A stretch of DNA of 51,252 nt, taken from NCBI GenBank assembly GCA_050251055.1, contig JBFWNL010000015.1, forward strand, positions 1 through 51,252. The letters run 5' to 3'. Made by a program: the position numbers and the translations under genes. Numbering within the stretch: the first letter of the stretch is position 1; the number at the start of each line of letters is the position of its first letter. The notes under the pieces were generated by a model. The model ran no database searches. It was not told the DNA's origin and saw only the letters and a list, made by a program, of their open reading frames with translations. This DNA comes from Bacteriovoracia bacterium (GTDB lineage Bacteria > Bdellovibrionota > UBA1018 > JBFWNL01). This document shows, piece by piece, positions 27,320-35,498 of this stretch.

Positions 27320-28842
27320 TGGTGACGCAATTCTCTGCGGTGCTGGGGCTCGAAGTGCATTGTCAGCTCGCGACCGACACCAAGATTTTCTGCCGCTGCA
27401 AGGCGCGCCTACCCGAGGGGGTTTCCGTCGCCGACGAGAAGCCTAACGCCCATACGTGCCCGACCTGCGCCGGTCACCCGGGCACGCTGCCAGTGTTGAA
27501 TGAAAAAGCGGTCGAGTACGCGATTCGCGCAGGGCTCGCGACCGATTGCGAGATCCAAGCCAAGAGCATCTTCGCGCGCAAGAATTATTTTTATCCCGAT
27601 CTGCCGAAAGGCTACCAAATCAGCCAGTACGACCAGCCGCTTTGCCGTAAAGGTGGCATCGATATCGAATACGTCGTACGCGACGGCGCGCCCGTCGCCC
27701 AGTTGCGCGTGCCGATCCAACGCATCCATATGGAAGAGGACGCCGGCAAGAACGTGCACACAGACGCATATTCGCTCGTGAATCTGAACCGCGCGGGCAT
27801 GCCGCTCGTCGAAATCGTCACTGATACGGTGGAAGTGGACGATCCCGCGCACGCTCCCGCGATCGCCGGCGCGTACCTGCGCGCGCTTCACGCGATTGTC
27901 ACCACGATCGGCGTCACCGACGGCAATATGCAGGAGGGTAACTTCCGCTGCGACGCGAACGTGAGCATCATGCCGAAAGGCGCGAAGAAGTACGGCACGC
28001 GGGTCGAGATCAAGAACGTCAATTCCTTCCGCTTCGTCGAGAAAGCCATTGAATACGAGATCAATCGCCAGGCCGGGCTGATTCAAGCGGGCGAAGCAGT
28101 GGTGCAGGAAACCCGCATGTACGACGCGGACAAGAACGTCACGTATTCCATGCGCAGCAAGGAAGAGGCCCACGACTATCGTTACTTCCCGGATCCCGAT
28201 CAGCTGACGCTGGTCGTTCCGCCGGCCTGGGTTGAAAGAATCCGAGGGACGCTTCCGGAGCTACCGGCGCAACGCAAGGCGCGATACATGAAGGATTACG
28301 GCCTCAGCGGTTATGACGCAGGACTCCTGAGTGGGGCGGCGGGTCTGGCAGGGTTCTTCGAACAAACCATGGCCCTCCTCCAGGCAACCACCAAAACCGG
28401 GAAGTTTACGGTTGAAAAGGCGGGTAAAAGCGTTTCAAATTTCCTCTCCGGTGAATTGACCCGTTTGGCGAACGAGGCCGGCGTCGAGCTCGATTCGACG
28501 CAGGTGAAAGTGAAGCCACAGCATTTGGCGGAGCTCGTGTCGTTCGTACTGGACGGATCGGTTTCGAGCTCCGGCGCGAAGACGGCGCTCGTGGAAGCAT
28601 GGTCTTCGGGCGACCGTGTCGACGATATCGTTGAGCGCAAAGGCCTGCGCCAGGTAAGTGATCTCTCGGCGCTGGCGCCCGTGATCGACGCCGTGTTGGC
28701 GAAGAACCCGAGCCAGGTGGCGGAGCTGAAGGCGGGCAAAGACAAGGTAATTGGTTTCTTGGTCGGACAAGTGATGAAGGAGTCGGGCGGGAAAGCCAAT
28801 CCGGCTCTGGTGAAAGATTTGATTTTGCAGAAGGTAAAATAG
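27319..28842 (+). CDS. gatB: Asp/Glu-tRNA amidotransferase subunit B
   Basis: True start ATG 27319 overlaps the gatA stop. GLEVHCQL, RKNYFYPDLPKGYQISQ, HMEEDAGK, RSKEEAHDYRYFPDPD. Confidence 0.97.
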   Translation: MVTQFSAVLGLEVHCQLATDTKIFCRCKARLPEGVSVADEKPNAHTCPTCAGHPGTLPVLNEKAVEYAIRAGLATDCEIQAKSIFARKNYFYPDLPKGYQISQYDQPLCRKGGIDIEYVVRDGAPVAQLRVPIQRIHMEEDAGKNVHTDAYSLVNLNRAGMPLVEIVTDTVEVDDPAHAPAIAGAYLRALHAIVTTIGVTDGNMQEGNFRCDANVSIMPKGAKKYGTRVEIKNVNSFRFVEKAIEYEINRQAGLIQAGEAVVQETRMYDADKNVTYSMRSKEEAHDYRYFPDPDQLTLVVPPAWVERIRGTLPELPAQRKARYMKDYGLSGYDAGLLSGAAGLAGFFEQTMALLQATTKTGKFTVEKAGKSVSNFLSGELTRLANEAGVELDSTQVKVKPQHLAELVSFVLDGSVSSSGAKTALVEAWSSGDRVDDIVERKGLRQVSDLSALAPVIDAVLAKNPSQVAELKAGKDKVIGFLVGQVMKESGGKANPALVKDLILQKVK

Positions 28843-28851
28843 GAGCGTTTC

Positions 28852-31326
28852 ATGAGCGAGAAGAAGAAAATGAGCATGATGAAGAAGCTGGCGATTGGCG
28901 TCGTGGGATTTGTTTTCCTGCTCGTGGCCGCGGCGGTAATCATCCCGCTCGTGGTCGACGTGGATAAGTACCGACCCCAAATCGTGGCCATCGCGAATGA
29001 AAAGATCAACGGCAAGCTCGAGATGGGTAAACTCACCCTCTCGCTTTGGGGTCAGATCTTGGTGCGTATCGATAAACTTTCGCTGGCGGACGCGAAGGGT
29101 CAGAAGGTGGTCACCGTCGACGACGCTTATTTTCACGTGCCGTTCTCGTCGGTTTTCACGGGCTCGCCCCTGCTGACCTTCAAGATGGACAAGCCGACCA
29201 TCACGGTCACGAAGAATAAAGCGGGTCAGATGAACGTCATGACCCTGATGAAGGAAGGTAAAACCACCGCCGCCACGACGGGCGCGGCCGCTCCTGGCCA
29301 ACCCGCCAACGGCGGCACCACGGCTTCCGCAGGGGCTGCGAAGCCGATCGAACTTCCAGGCATTGTCACGAATGCCCGCTTGGGCGTCGAGCTCAAGCAA
29401 GCGCGCGTGAGCTACACCGATCAAGTGACGGACACGAAGGCGGAGATCAACGATTTCAATGCCCGCCTGAAGAACATCTCGCTTTCGCGGCCGATGAGCA
29501 TCGAAGTGTGGGCCGATCTCGCTACTACCGTGGGCAAGACCCTGCGCCTGGAAGGCCCGTTTCGCCTCGATGGCGAAGTGAAGCCCGAGCTCAAGGGCAT
29601 CGACTTCGATAAGCTCACGGCAAGCCTCAAGGCCGTGGCGGATGACGTCGTGATCTCCATGCCGGGGCTCTTCGAGAAGAAGAAGGGGGTCCCCGCCAAC
29701 GTAGTGCTTTCGCTGAGCGCTTCTAAGGACTGGGTGAAGATCGATAAGTTCATCGCCAAATTCCATAACGCCGAGATCACCACGACCGGGCAGGTAAACA
29801 ACCTGCAGACCACGCGCGAAGCCGACATCAAGGTCGCGTCCAACGAGATTCAACTCTCCGCGTGGTCGCCTTTGATCATTCCCATGCAGGGATTTGACCT
29901 GAGCGGCACCGCCAGCTTCTCGGCTTCGACAAACGGGCCGGTGGAAAAACTCGCATATCAAGCCACCGCCGCGGTTAAGGAGTTGAGCGCAAAAGCGCCG
30001 ATGCTGAAGGCGAAGCCCGTCATCAACGTGGGCCTCAAAGTGGTGACCGACAAGCTTGAGGACTTCACCCTAACCTTCAAGGCGCCGAAGAACGATCTTA
30101 CCGTGAAGGCCCAGATTACTTCGTTCACCGCGCCGAAGATGGCGGTGAACGTCACTTCGACCGGCATGGATCTCGACGAGCTCGTTGACTTTCCGCCCCT
30201 GGGCGCCGGCAAGGGCAAGGAAACGGCGAAGGCCGCGACGCCCACATCGGGCGACGCGGGCGGCACCGCCACGGCGGGCGCTCCCGCCGGCGGCAAAGCC
30301 CCGGCCGCGGATCTCGACAAGATGCTCGATCCCATACGCACGAACACGATGCTCACGAAGGCCGTGGCCAACGTGAACGTTGGCCTCCCGCTCGTGAAGG
30401 CGTACGGCGTGAAGGTGACCAACATCCAGACCAAGTTCACGATGGCGAACCTGATCGCCGCGATCGATCACTTCGGCATGAATGTGTTTGGCGGCGCCAT
30501 CACCGCGAAGATGTCGGTCGACCTGAAGCCGGCCCGGCCGAAGTACACGCTCGCCGCGAACGTGAAAGACTTCGACCTGCAGCAGGCGGTGTCTTCCCAG
30601 CTGCAGCTTTTCAAGAATACCGTCATTGGCAAGGCCAACTTCGACATGAAGGGGGATGGCTCGAGTTTCAATTCCGATCTCGCGACGAAGAATCTCAACG
30701 TGAAGGGTAACTTCTCGGTGAAGAACGCTACGTTTGCGTCGATCGACATTGGTCGCATGGTCACCGAGGCCATTAATAATGGCTTGGAGCGCGTGGCCTC
30801 GAAGTATCCGCAAGCCAAGGGCAAAAGCGTGAAGAGCTTGCCGTCCGGATCGACGGAGTACGATGTCATTCAGTCCGACTTCGCCATCCACGACGGCAAA
30901 TTCACGGCGCCGAACTTCGTGGCGAAGTCGAAAGACGGCAAGGGGATCGACCTCAAGGGCACGACCATGGCGGGCTTGATCGATTACGCGCTCAACGCTC
31001 GCTGGTCGGTGATCGATATGCAGAATCTCACGCATGCGCGCGATATTTCGGTGAACATCGCGGGTACCGAGGTGAAGAGTATCCTCGCCGAAGGCAATAA
31101 CCCGGTGTCGTTCCCGGTGACGGTGGGTTGTAAGCTCATGGCGCCCTGCTACGACTATAAGGAAGTGCCCGAGCACTTCGTGACCGTCGCGGTTCGCAAC
31201 GTGGAAGGCGCGGCCAAAGCCCGGGTGAATTCGGAAGTGAAGGCCAAGGCCCAGCAAGTGATTCAGGACGCCACCAAGAACGCCCCGCCGGCGGTTAAGG
31301 ACGCGCTCAAGAAATTCAAATTTTAA
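28852..31326 (+). CDS. AsmA-family (bridge-like lipid transport) protein
   Basis: Single N-terminal TM (IIPLVVDVDKYRPQI), beta-rich body, MDLDEL and C-terminal AsmA-like segments. Confidence 0.82.
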   Translation: MSEKKKMSMMKKLAIGVVGFVFLLVAAAVIIPLVVDVDKYRPQIVAIANEKINGKLEMGKLTLSLWGQILVRIDKLSLADAKGQKVVTVDDAYFHVPFSSVFTGSPLLTFKMDKPTITVTKNKAGQMNVMTLMKEGKTTAATTGAAAPGQPANGGTTASAGAAKPIELPGIVTNARLGVELKQARVSYTDQVTDTKAEINDFNARLKNISLSRPMSIEVWADLATTVGKTLRLEGPFRLDGEVKPELKGIDFDKLTASLKAVADDVVISMPGLFEKKKGVPANVVLSLSASKDWVKIDKFIAKFHNAEITTTGQVNNLQTTREADIKVASNEIQLSAWSPLIIPMQGFDLSGTASFSASTNGPVEKLAYQATAAVKELSAKAPMLKAKPVINVGLKVVTDKLEDFTLTFKAPKNDLTVKAQITSFTAPKMAVNVTSTGMDLDELVDFPPLGAGKGKETAKAATPTSGDAGGTATAGAPAGGKAPAADLDKMLDPIRTNTMLTKAVANVNVGLPLVKAYGVKVTNIQTKFTMANLIAAIDHFGMNVFGGAITAKMSVDLKPARPKYTLAANVKDFDLQQAVSSQLQLFKNTVIGKANFDMKGDGSSFNSDLATKNLNVKGNFSVKNATFASIDIGRMVTEAINNGLERVASKYPQAKGKSVKSLPSGSTEYDVIQSDFAIHDGKFTAPNFVAKSKDGKGIDLKGTTMAGLIDYALNARWSVIDMQNLTHARDISVNIAGTEVKSILAEGNNPVSFPVTVGCKLMAPCYDYKEVPEHFVTVAVRNVEGAAKARVNSEVKAKAQQVIQDATKNAPPAVKDALKKFKF

Positions 31327-31364
31327 CGGACTTTTTAATAGACGGGTAAACAAGGAGATCGGCA

Positions 31365-31868
31365 ATGAAACAAATGAGGAATTCGATGAATACGGCAGAT
31401 TTCGGCATGAGCTGGGGACGCTGGTTCGTGACCGCGGCTTTGGCACTGGTGATGGCGATTTACGCTTCGAGCTGTTCGCACGAGAAGCAGAAGAACCAAG
31501 CCAAGGAAGCCGCCGCCAAGTTCTGGCAAGACAAGGCTTACCCGGGCAAGGCTTACGACGTGAGCGTGATTGAAGCGGAAGACGCGGGGGACGGCAAGTA
31601 CCGCGTGAAGGGTATCGTCGACGGGGAAACTCGGGTCGGCGTGTTCAATCCCGAAACCGAAACCTTCTCCGAAGGCTACTACTCGCTCGCCAAGGAGCGC
31701 GACAAACGCATCGCCGAGCTCGAGCAGGAAGTGAAGTACTGGAAAGAGAAAGCGGAAGGCCTCGAGAAGGAAAACTACAAGTTTAAGGTGAAGCTCGGAA
31801 TGGACGCGGACGCGAAGCCGAAGAAGAAGGCCGAGAAGGCCGCCGAAGCTCCGACGACCGAAGAATAA
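31365..31868 (+). CDS. Hypothetical lipoprotein with C-terminal coiled coil
   Basis: RBS GGAG; hydrophobic stretch ending YASSC; coiled coil RDKRIAELEQEVKYWKEKAEGLEKEN. Start uncertain. Confidence 0.7.
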   Translation: MKQMRNSMNTADFGMSWGRWFVTAALALVMAIYASSCSHEKQKNQAKEAAAKFWQDKAYPGKAYDVSVIEAEDAGDGKYRVKGIVDGETRVGVFNPETETFSEGYYSLAKERDKRIAELEQEVKYWKEKAEGLEKENYKFKVKLGMDADAKPKKKAEKAAEAPTTEE

Positions 31869-31893
31869 GCGTCCGGCCTAGAGGAAAACCGCG

Positions 31894-32841
31894 GTGAGTT
31901 TACGCGCCTCCATCGATCTCGGTACGAACACCTGTCTATTGCTCGTGGCGGATTGGGACGCGAAGAACCACGTCGTGCAAAAGGTCGTCGCCGACTATTC
32001 GACGATCGTCCGTTTGGGCCAAGGCGTGGATAAAGCCCGCCGCCTGGATCCGGCCGCGATTGAGCGCACCCTCTATTGTCTGAAGGAGTACGTCGAAGAG
32101 CTCGGTGACTACGGCGTGAAACCCGCGGAGGTCACTTGCGTGGCCACGAGCCAAGCGCGCGACGCCCAGAACGGCGCCGAGTTCTTCGCACGCGTAAAAA
32201 AGGAAACGGGTTTTCAGTTCCAGGTCATCAGCGGCGAAGACGAAGCGAAGTATTCCTACCGGGGCGCGCTCTTACCCGGCGTTACCGATCCGGTGGTGAT
32301 CGACATTGGCGGGGGGAGCACGGAGCTGATCGCCGGAGACTGGGGCGGCGGCGCGGGACAAAGTCTGGACATGGGTTCCGTACGATTCACCGAGCGCTTT
32401 TTCAAAACCGACCCGGTGACGGACGGTGAGTTCTGGAAGTGCCGCGACGAGATCGATCGCATGATCGAGACGATGCGCCCTTGGCGCCAATCCTTGCCGA
32501 CCCCGAAGGGCACGGGGGCCGCGGCCAAGCGTGAGCTGCTCGCGGTAGCCGGCACCGCCACTACGCTCGCGAGCTGGTTTTTGGGGCTGCGTGACTTCGA
32601 CGCCGCAAAGATCGACCAATGCCGTCTCACGCGCGGGGATTTGCACCGCATGGTGGAAGAATTGAAGTGGCGCACGGTGGAAGAGCGTCGAAGCCTCACG
32701 GGGATTGAGCCGTTGCGGGCGGACGTGCTGCTCGCGGGCGCCATGATCTTATGGCGGACGATGGAGCTGCTTGATTTTCCCTCCACACGTGTGAGCACGC
32801 GGGGGCTGCGCTTCGGCGTCTTGCAGATGGACTCAAGCTAG
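31894..32841 (+). CDS. ppx: Ppx/GppA family phosphatase (short form)
   Basis: SIDLGTNT, VRLGQG, ATSQARDAQN, ISGEDEA, IDIGGGSTE, GLRFG. Confidence 0.92.
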   Translation: MSLRASIDLGTNTCLLLVADWDAKNHVVQKVVADYSTIVRLGQGVDKARRLDPAAIERTLYCLKEYVEELGDYGVKPAEVTCVATSQARDAQNGAEFFARVKKETGFQFQVISGEDEAKYSYRGALLPGVTDPVVIDIGGGSTELIAGDWGGGAGQSLDMGSVRFTERFFKTDPVTDGEFWKCRDEIDRMIETMRPWRQSLPTPKGTGAAAKRELLAVAGTATTLASWFLGLRDFDAAKIDQCRLTRGDLHRMVEELKWRTVEERRSLTGIEPLRADVLLAGAMILWRTMELLDFPSTRVSTRGLRFGVLQMDSS

Positions 32842-32961
32842 CCTTTGATTCGCGACCGTCGCATAACTATATATAATAAATAAGATATTTCTGACGAATT
32901 TCTGGCAAATCCGTCAGCGGCCTCAGTGGATGCGGAGCGTTGTTGTCCGTATAACCGCTTG

Positions 32962-33095
32962 CGTCAGGACGGCTTCACTGGCGAGTTCGCCACACTACCT
33001 CCGGCGAAAGGGAACCTGCGAGAGCAGGGTGAGGCTTCAGGGGGCCGGACTGGGAATACCAAGGCCTCGCCACTTCACCCGTGGCGGGGCCTAAA
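32962..33095 (+). ncRNA. Candidate sRNA (multi-stem plus terminator-like hairpin), possibly sX9-like
   Basis: TATAAC -10-like box at 32950; TGGCGAGTTCGCCA hairpin; CCGGC/GCCGG stem enclosing CCTGC-GAGA-GCAGG; 12-bp hairpin AGGCCTCGCCAC/GTGGCGGGGCCT. The family resemblance is from memory only. Confidence 0.6.
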
Positions 33096-33172
33096 TAAAG
33101 TTTTTGGGGATTAGGGTCAGGGAAACGGGGACCGGGGTTAGGCAGATGTTTCGACGTTAGAGGGGTCTACTT

Positions 33173-33221
33173 GCCTCGCCGCGGAGCCGAATCAGCTTCG
33201 CGGCGAGGCCTTTTGCTTTTT
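33173..33221 (+). terminator. Intrinsic terminator
   Basis: GCCTCGCCGCGGAGC/GCTTCGCGGCGAGGC 15-bp stem followed by CTTTTGCTTTTT. Confidence 0.7.
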
Positions 33222-33246
33222 GGGCGGCCTCTGCTAGAGCTGGGAG

Positions 33247-33552
33247 ATGGAAAACCTGAAACTCTTCCTCGTTCACTGCGGATTTTATGATCTGGAGGTT
33301 TTGGACGGGGTCTATGAATCCCACGTCAATTTCGTCGTCGCCGCCGAGTCCTTCGAGGCCGCGCGCGCCAAGGTGAAGCTCGAGCCCGACTTTCAGCGCA
33401 AGCGCATGCATGTCGATGGCTTACAGCTCATTGAAGCGGCGCAAGGGTATCGAGTGCGATTGGAAGCGGACCCCCGTCTCGAGGGGAAGTCGACGGTCAT
33501 CTCGAATCGCCACCGCGATCTGGCGCCGAAGTCGGCCTCTACCGCGACTTGA
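33247..33552 (+). CDS. DUF1543-like small protein
   Basis: KLFLVHCGFY...ESH.NFVVAAES..AAR.KVK...MHVDG...GYRVRL pattern; RBS GGGAG. Confidence 0.7.
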   Translation: MENLKLFLVHCGFYDLEVLDGVYESHVNFVVAAESFEAARAKVKLEPDFQRKRMHVDGLQLIEAAQGYRVRLEADPRLEGKSTVISNRHRDLAPKSASTAT

Positions 33553-33569
33553 AAACTGAGGGGATTCGC

Positions 33570-34595
33570 TTAGGGGTGTCGGGCTTCGGTCTGCGACTCT
33601 AAGAACTCTCTCAGCTTGTCGTACGCGCATTCCGCTTGGAGCATACGTGCATCCCGCTCGTCCCACTCCTCTAAGTCCCCACAGATAACTTCTCTCACCT
33701 CCCATTCGGGGTCCTTAAAGTTATAGGTATAGGCGCCGGGTAACTCCGCCGACGTCGCAGCCCGAGGTCGTCCATTGGCTTCGAATACGACGAACCGTTT
33801 TATCCAAGGGGTGTTGGGGTCGTTAAAGATCAGCTGCCATTCTCCATTTGGCAACCGGTTTAGTTCCGTGGCCGCAACCGCATGAGAGCCTCCTTTTCTG
33901 AACTGGAACGATACGTACGGTTGGTGCCCCCGATCAAGGCTGGTGCGGATTTGCCGGAGCTCATCCAAGTTACTATCGAGGCTACCCCAGAAGGAGTGCC
34001 AGCTATAGCGAGGGTTAAAGTTGTATTGCTGCTGCTCGATCAGACGGAGCAGTCCGCGCTTGTAGATTTCACCGATCTCACGAACCGTTTGGGTTCCCGG
34101 GAATCGAACGATTTCCCCTTCTCGTAGGGCTTGTATCATTGCGTCGATATGGCGTTCGTTATCCACCGGTCTTTCGGTGGGACCGAAACGGGCCCGCGTT
34201 TTTAACCACTTTCGCACGACGGTCCAACCATGGCAGACCCCGCCTTGATTTCGGCAGAGATCGTCGGCCTCCGAGTTCGTCCAGGGCAAGGTCTCCGATG
34301 CGTCGAAAGAGTTCGCGTAGCGCGCATCCAGTAGCGCTCGTTTATCCGAACATAAGGCCCAAACGGAGGGGACTTTTTTCGCCTCGGAAACCAAGCTCCG
34401 GTACCACTGGATTTGATAGGTGGACGTAGTGCCCGGGGACATTTCATTGTCCCGGCTTTTCTCCATCGCTTCCGCGGATCGAAAGAAATTGGGGGAGGTA
34501 ACTTGGCGAATCCGCGCGAGGTCGAGCTTCGGCGGGGCGGCGACTGCTACGCCCGACAAAAAAAGAGAAACGAAACTCAAACGCAAAAGCTTCAT
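33570..34595 (-). CDS. Secreted papain-like (Cys-His-Asp) protein, putative cysteine protease/deamidase
   Basis: Signal peptide (...SGVAVA|AP). NQGGVCHGW (Cys), GGSHAVAA (His) and IFNDPN (Asp) occur in the order typical of C39/C58-like folds. Confidence 0.62.
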   Translation of the reverse strand: MKLLRLSFVSLFLSGVAVAAPPKLDLARIRQVTSPNFFRSAEAMEKSRDNEMSPGTTSTYQIQWYRSLVSEAKKVPSVWALCSDKRALLDARYANSFDASETLPWTNSEADDLCRNQGGVCHGWTVVRKWLKTRARFGPTERPVDNERHIDAMIQALREGEIVRFPGTQTVREIGEIYKRGLLRLIEQQQYNFNPRYSWHSFWGSLDSNLDELRQIRTSLDRGHQPYVSFQFRKGGSHAVAATELNRLPNGEWQLIFNDPNTPWIKRFVVFEANGRPRAATSAELPGAYTYNFKDPEWEVREVICGDLEEWDERDARMLQAECAYDKLREFLESQTEARHP

Positions 34596-34615
34596 GCGTG
34601 TTTGAGTATAATAGC

Positions 34616-34630
34616 TGATTTATTTAATCA
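34616..34630. promoter_or_regulatory. Palindromic TGAT-N7-ATCA site in an AT-rich promoter region
   Basis: TGATTTATTTAATCA just upstream of a TATACT -10 box (minus strand) of the 33570..34595 gene. Confidence 0.45.
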
Positions 34631-34664
34631 AATTAAATATAATTATTTGATATTAAATGAATAA

Positions 34665-34934
34665 TTAGCGGCGCTGAAGCTCGAGCTGGAGGTTTTTCAC
34701 TAGCTCGGGGTCTTGCACGGCCATGCGGCGAAGCAGGGATTGGCGGAATTCGGGATCCGCGGCGCGCAGCATGTCGAGCACCTGCTGGTAGCCATTCACG
34801 CGCACACCGGCGGGGGCGGGGGCTTCCTTCGTGGGGCCGCCGGCGGCGCGGGCACCCGCACTTTGGCTTTCAGGCTTACCGTTTTTTTCCGGGATTACTT
34901 TCACTTTTCCGTTACGCAGGTAGCTTTGTTCCAT
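34665..34934 (-). CDS. Small hypothetical protein with FliG-middle/C-terminal-like helix pair
   Basis: NGYQQVLDMLRAADPEFRQSLLRRMAVQDPELVKNL resembles the FliG 'GG...A.IL...D...E..IL..L...DPELA..I' segment. Confidence 0.55.
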   Translation of the reverse strand: MEQSYLRNGKVKVIPEKNGKPESQSAGARAAGGPTKEAPAPAGVRVNGYQQVLDMLRAADPEFRQSLLRRMAVQDPELVKNLQLELQRR

Positions 34935-34938
34935 TTTT

Positions 34939-35376
34939 CTACTCCTTCATTTTCTCCATCGATTTTCGGCCCTGCCGGTGCAGCGTATCCGTCGATGCTT
35001 GGTAATCCTTGCGCAGCTTTTCCAGCTGCATGTCTGCCGACTTTTTGTAGTCGTCGATCTTTTCTTGCTCGAGCTTGCGAACCTTCTCGATCTCGGCTTC
35101 GCCTTGCTTCAGTTCGGCCTGGATCCGCTCTTCGTTGTTCGCCCGGACGCCTTCCAGGCGCATACCGAGCTGCTCGGCTTCCTTGGAGATTTGGACGTCG
35201 TAGGCGCCGCGCAGGTTCTGGATGTCGTTCTCTTGCTTCTCTTGAAGTTGGCGTACGCGCTCGCCGTGCTGGGCGTCCATATCGCTGAGATCGGACTCGT
35301 GCTTGCGCTCTAGCTGGGCGCGATAATTCTTCATGCGCACTTCGTCAGCCGTGATGTTTTTCATCGTGGAGGACAT
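34939..35376 (-). CDS. Coiled-coil hypothetical protein
   Basis: Charged heptad-rich sequence; RBS GGGAG; 4-nt gap to the next gene. Confidence 0.7.
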   Translation of the reverse strand: MSSTMKNITADEVRMKNYRAQLERKHESDLSDMDAQHGERVRQLQEKQENDIQNLRGAYDVQISKEAEQLGMRLEGVRANNEERIQAELKQGEAEIEKVRKLEQEKIDDYKKSADMQLEKLRKDYQASTDTLHRQGRKSMEKMKE

Positions 35377-35498
35377 CGTCTCCCAACCCCACTTTCTCCC
35401 ATAAATTATAGTTCTTTATGCGGGGTTCCACCAAGAGGCAGAATTTGCCGGGGGTGGGGTCGCATGCTACAGAGAGGAGTCAGAGGGGTATTTTAGAA

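Noticed and set aside
33005-33050. Cobalamin or c-di-AMP riboswitch (AAAGGGAA/GGGAACC resemblance)
   Set aside because: The remaining conserved elements (B12 box, GCAACTGT; GCTGAATCC, GGGGTGAATC) are absent.
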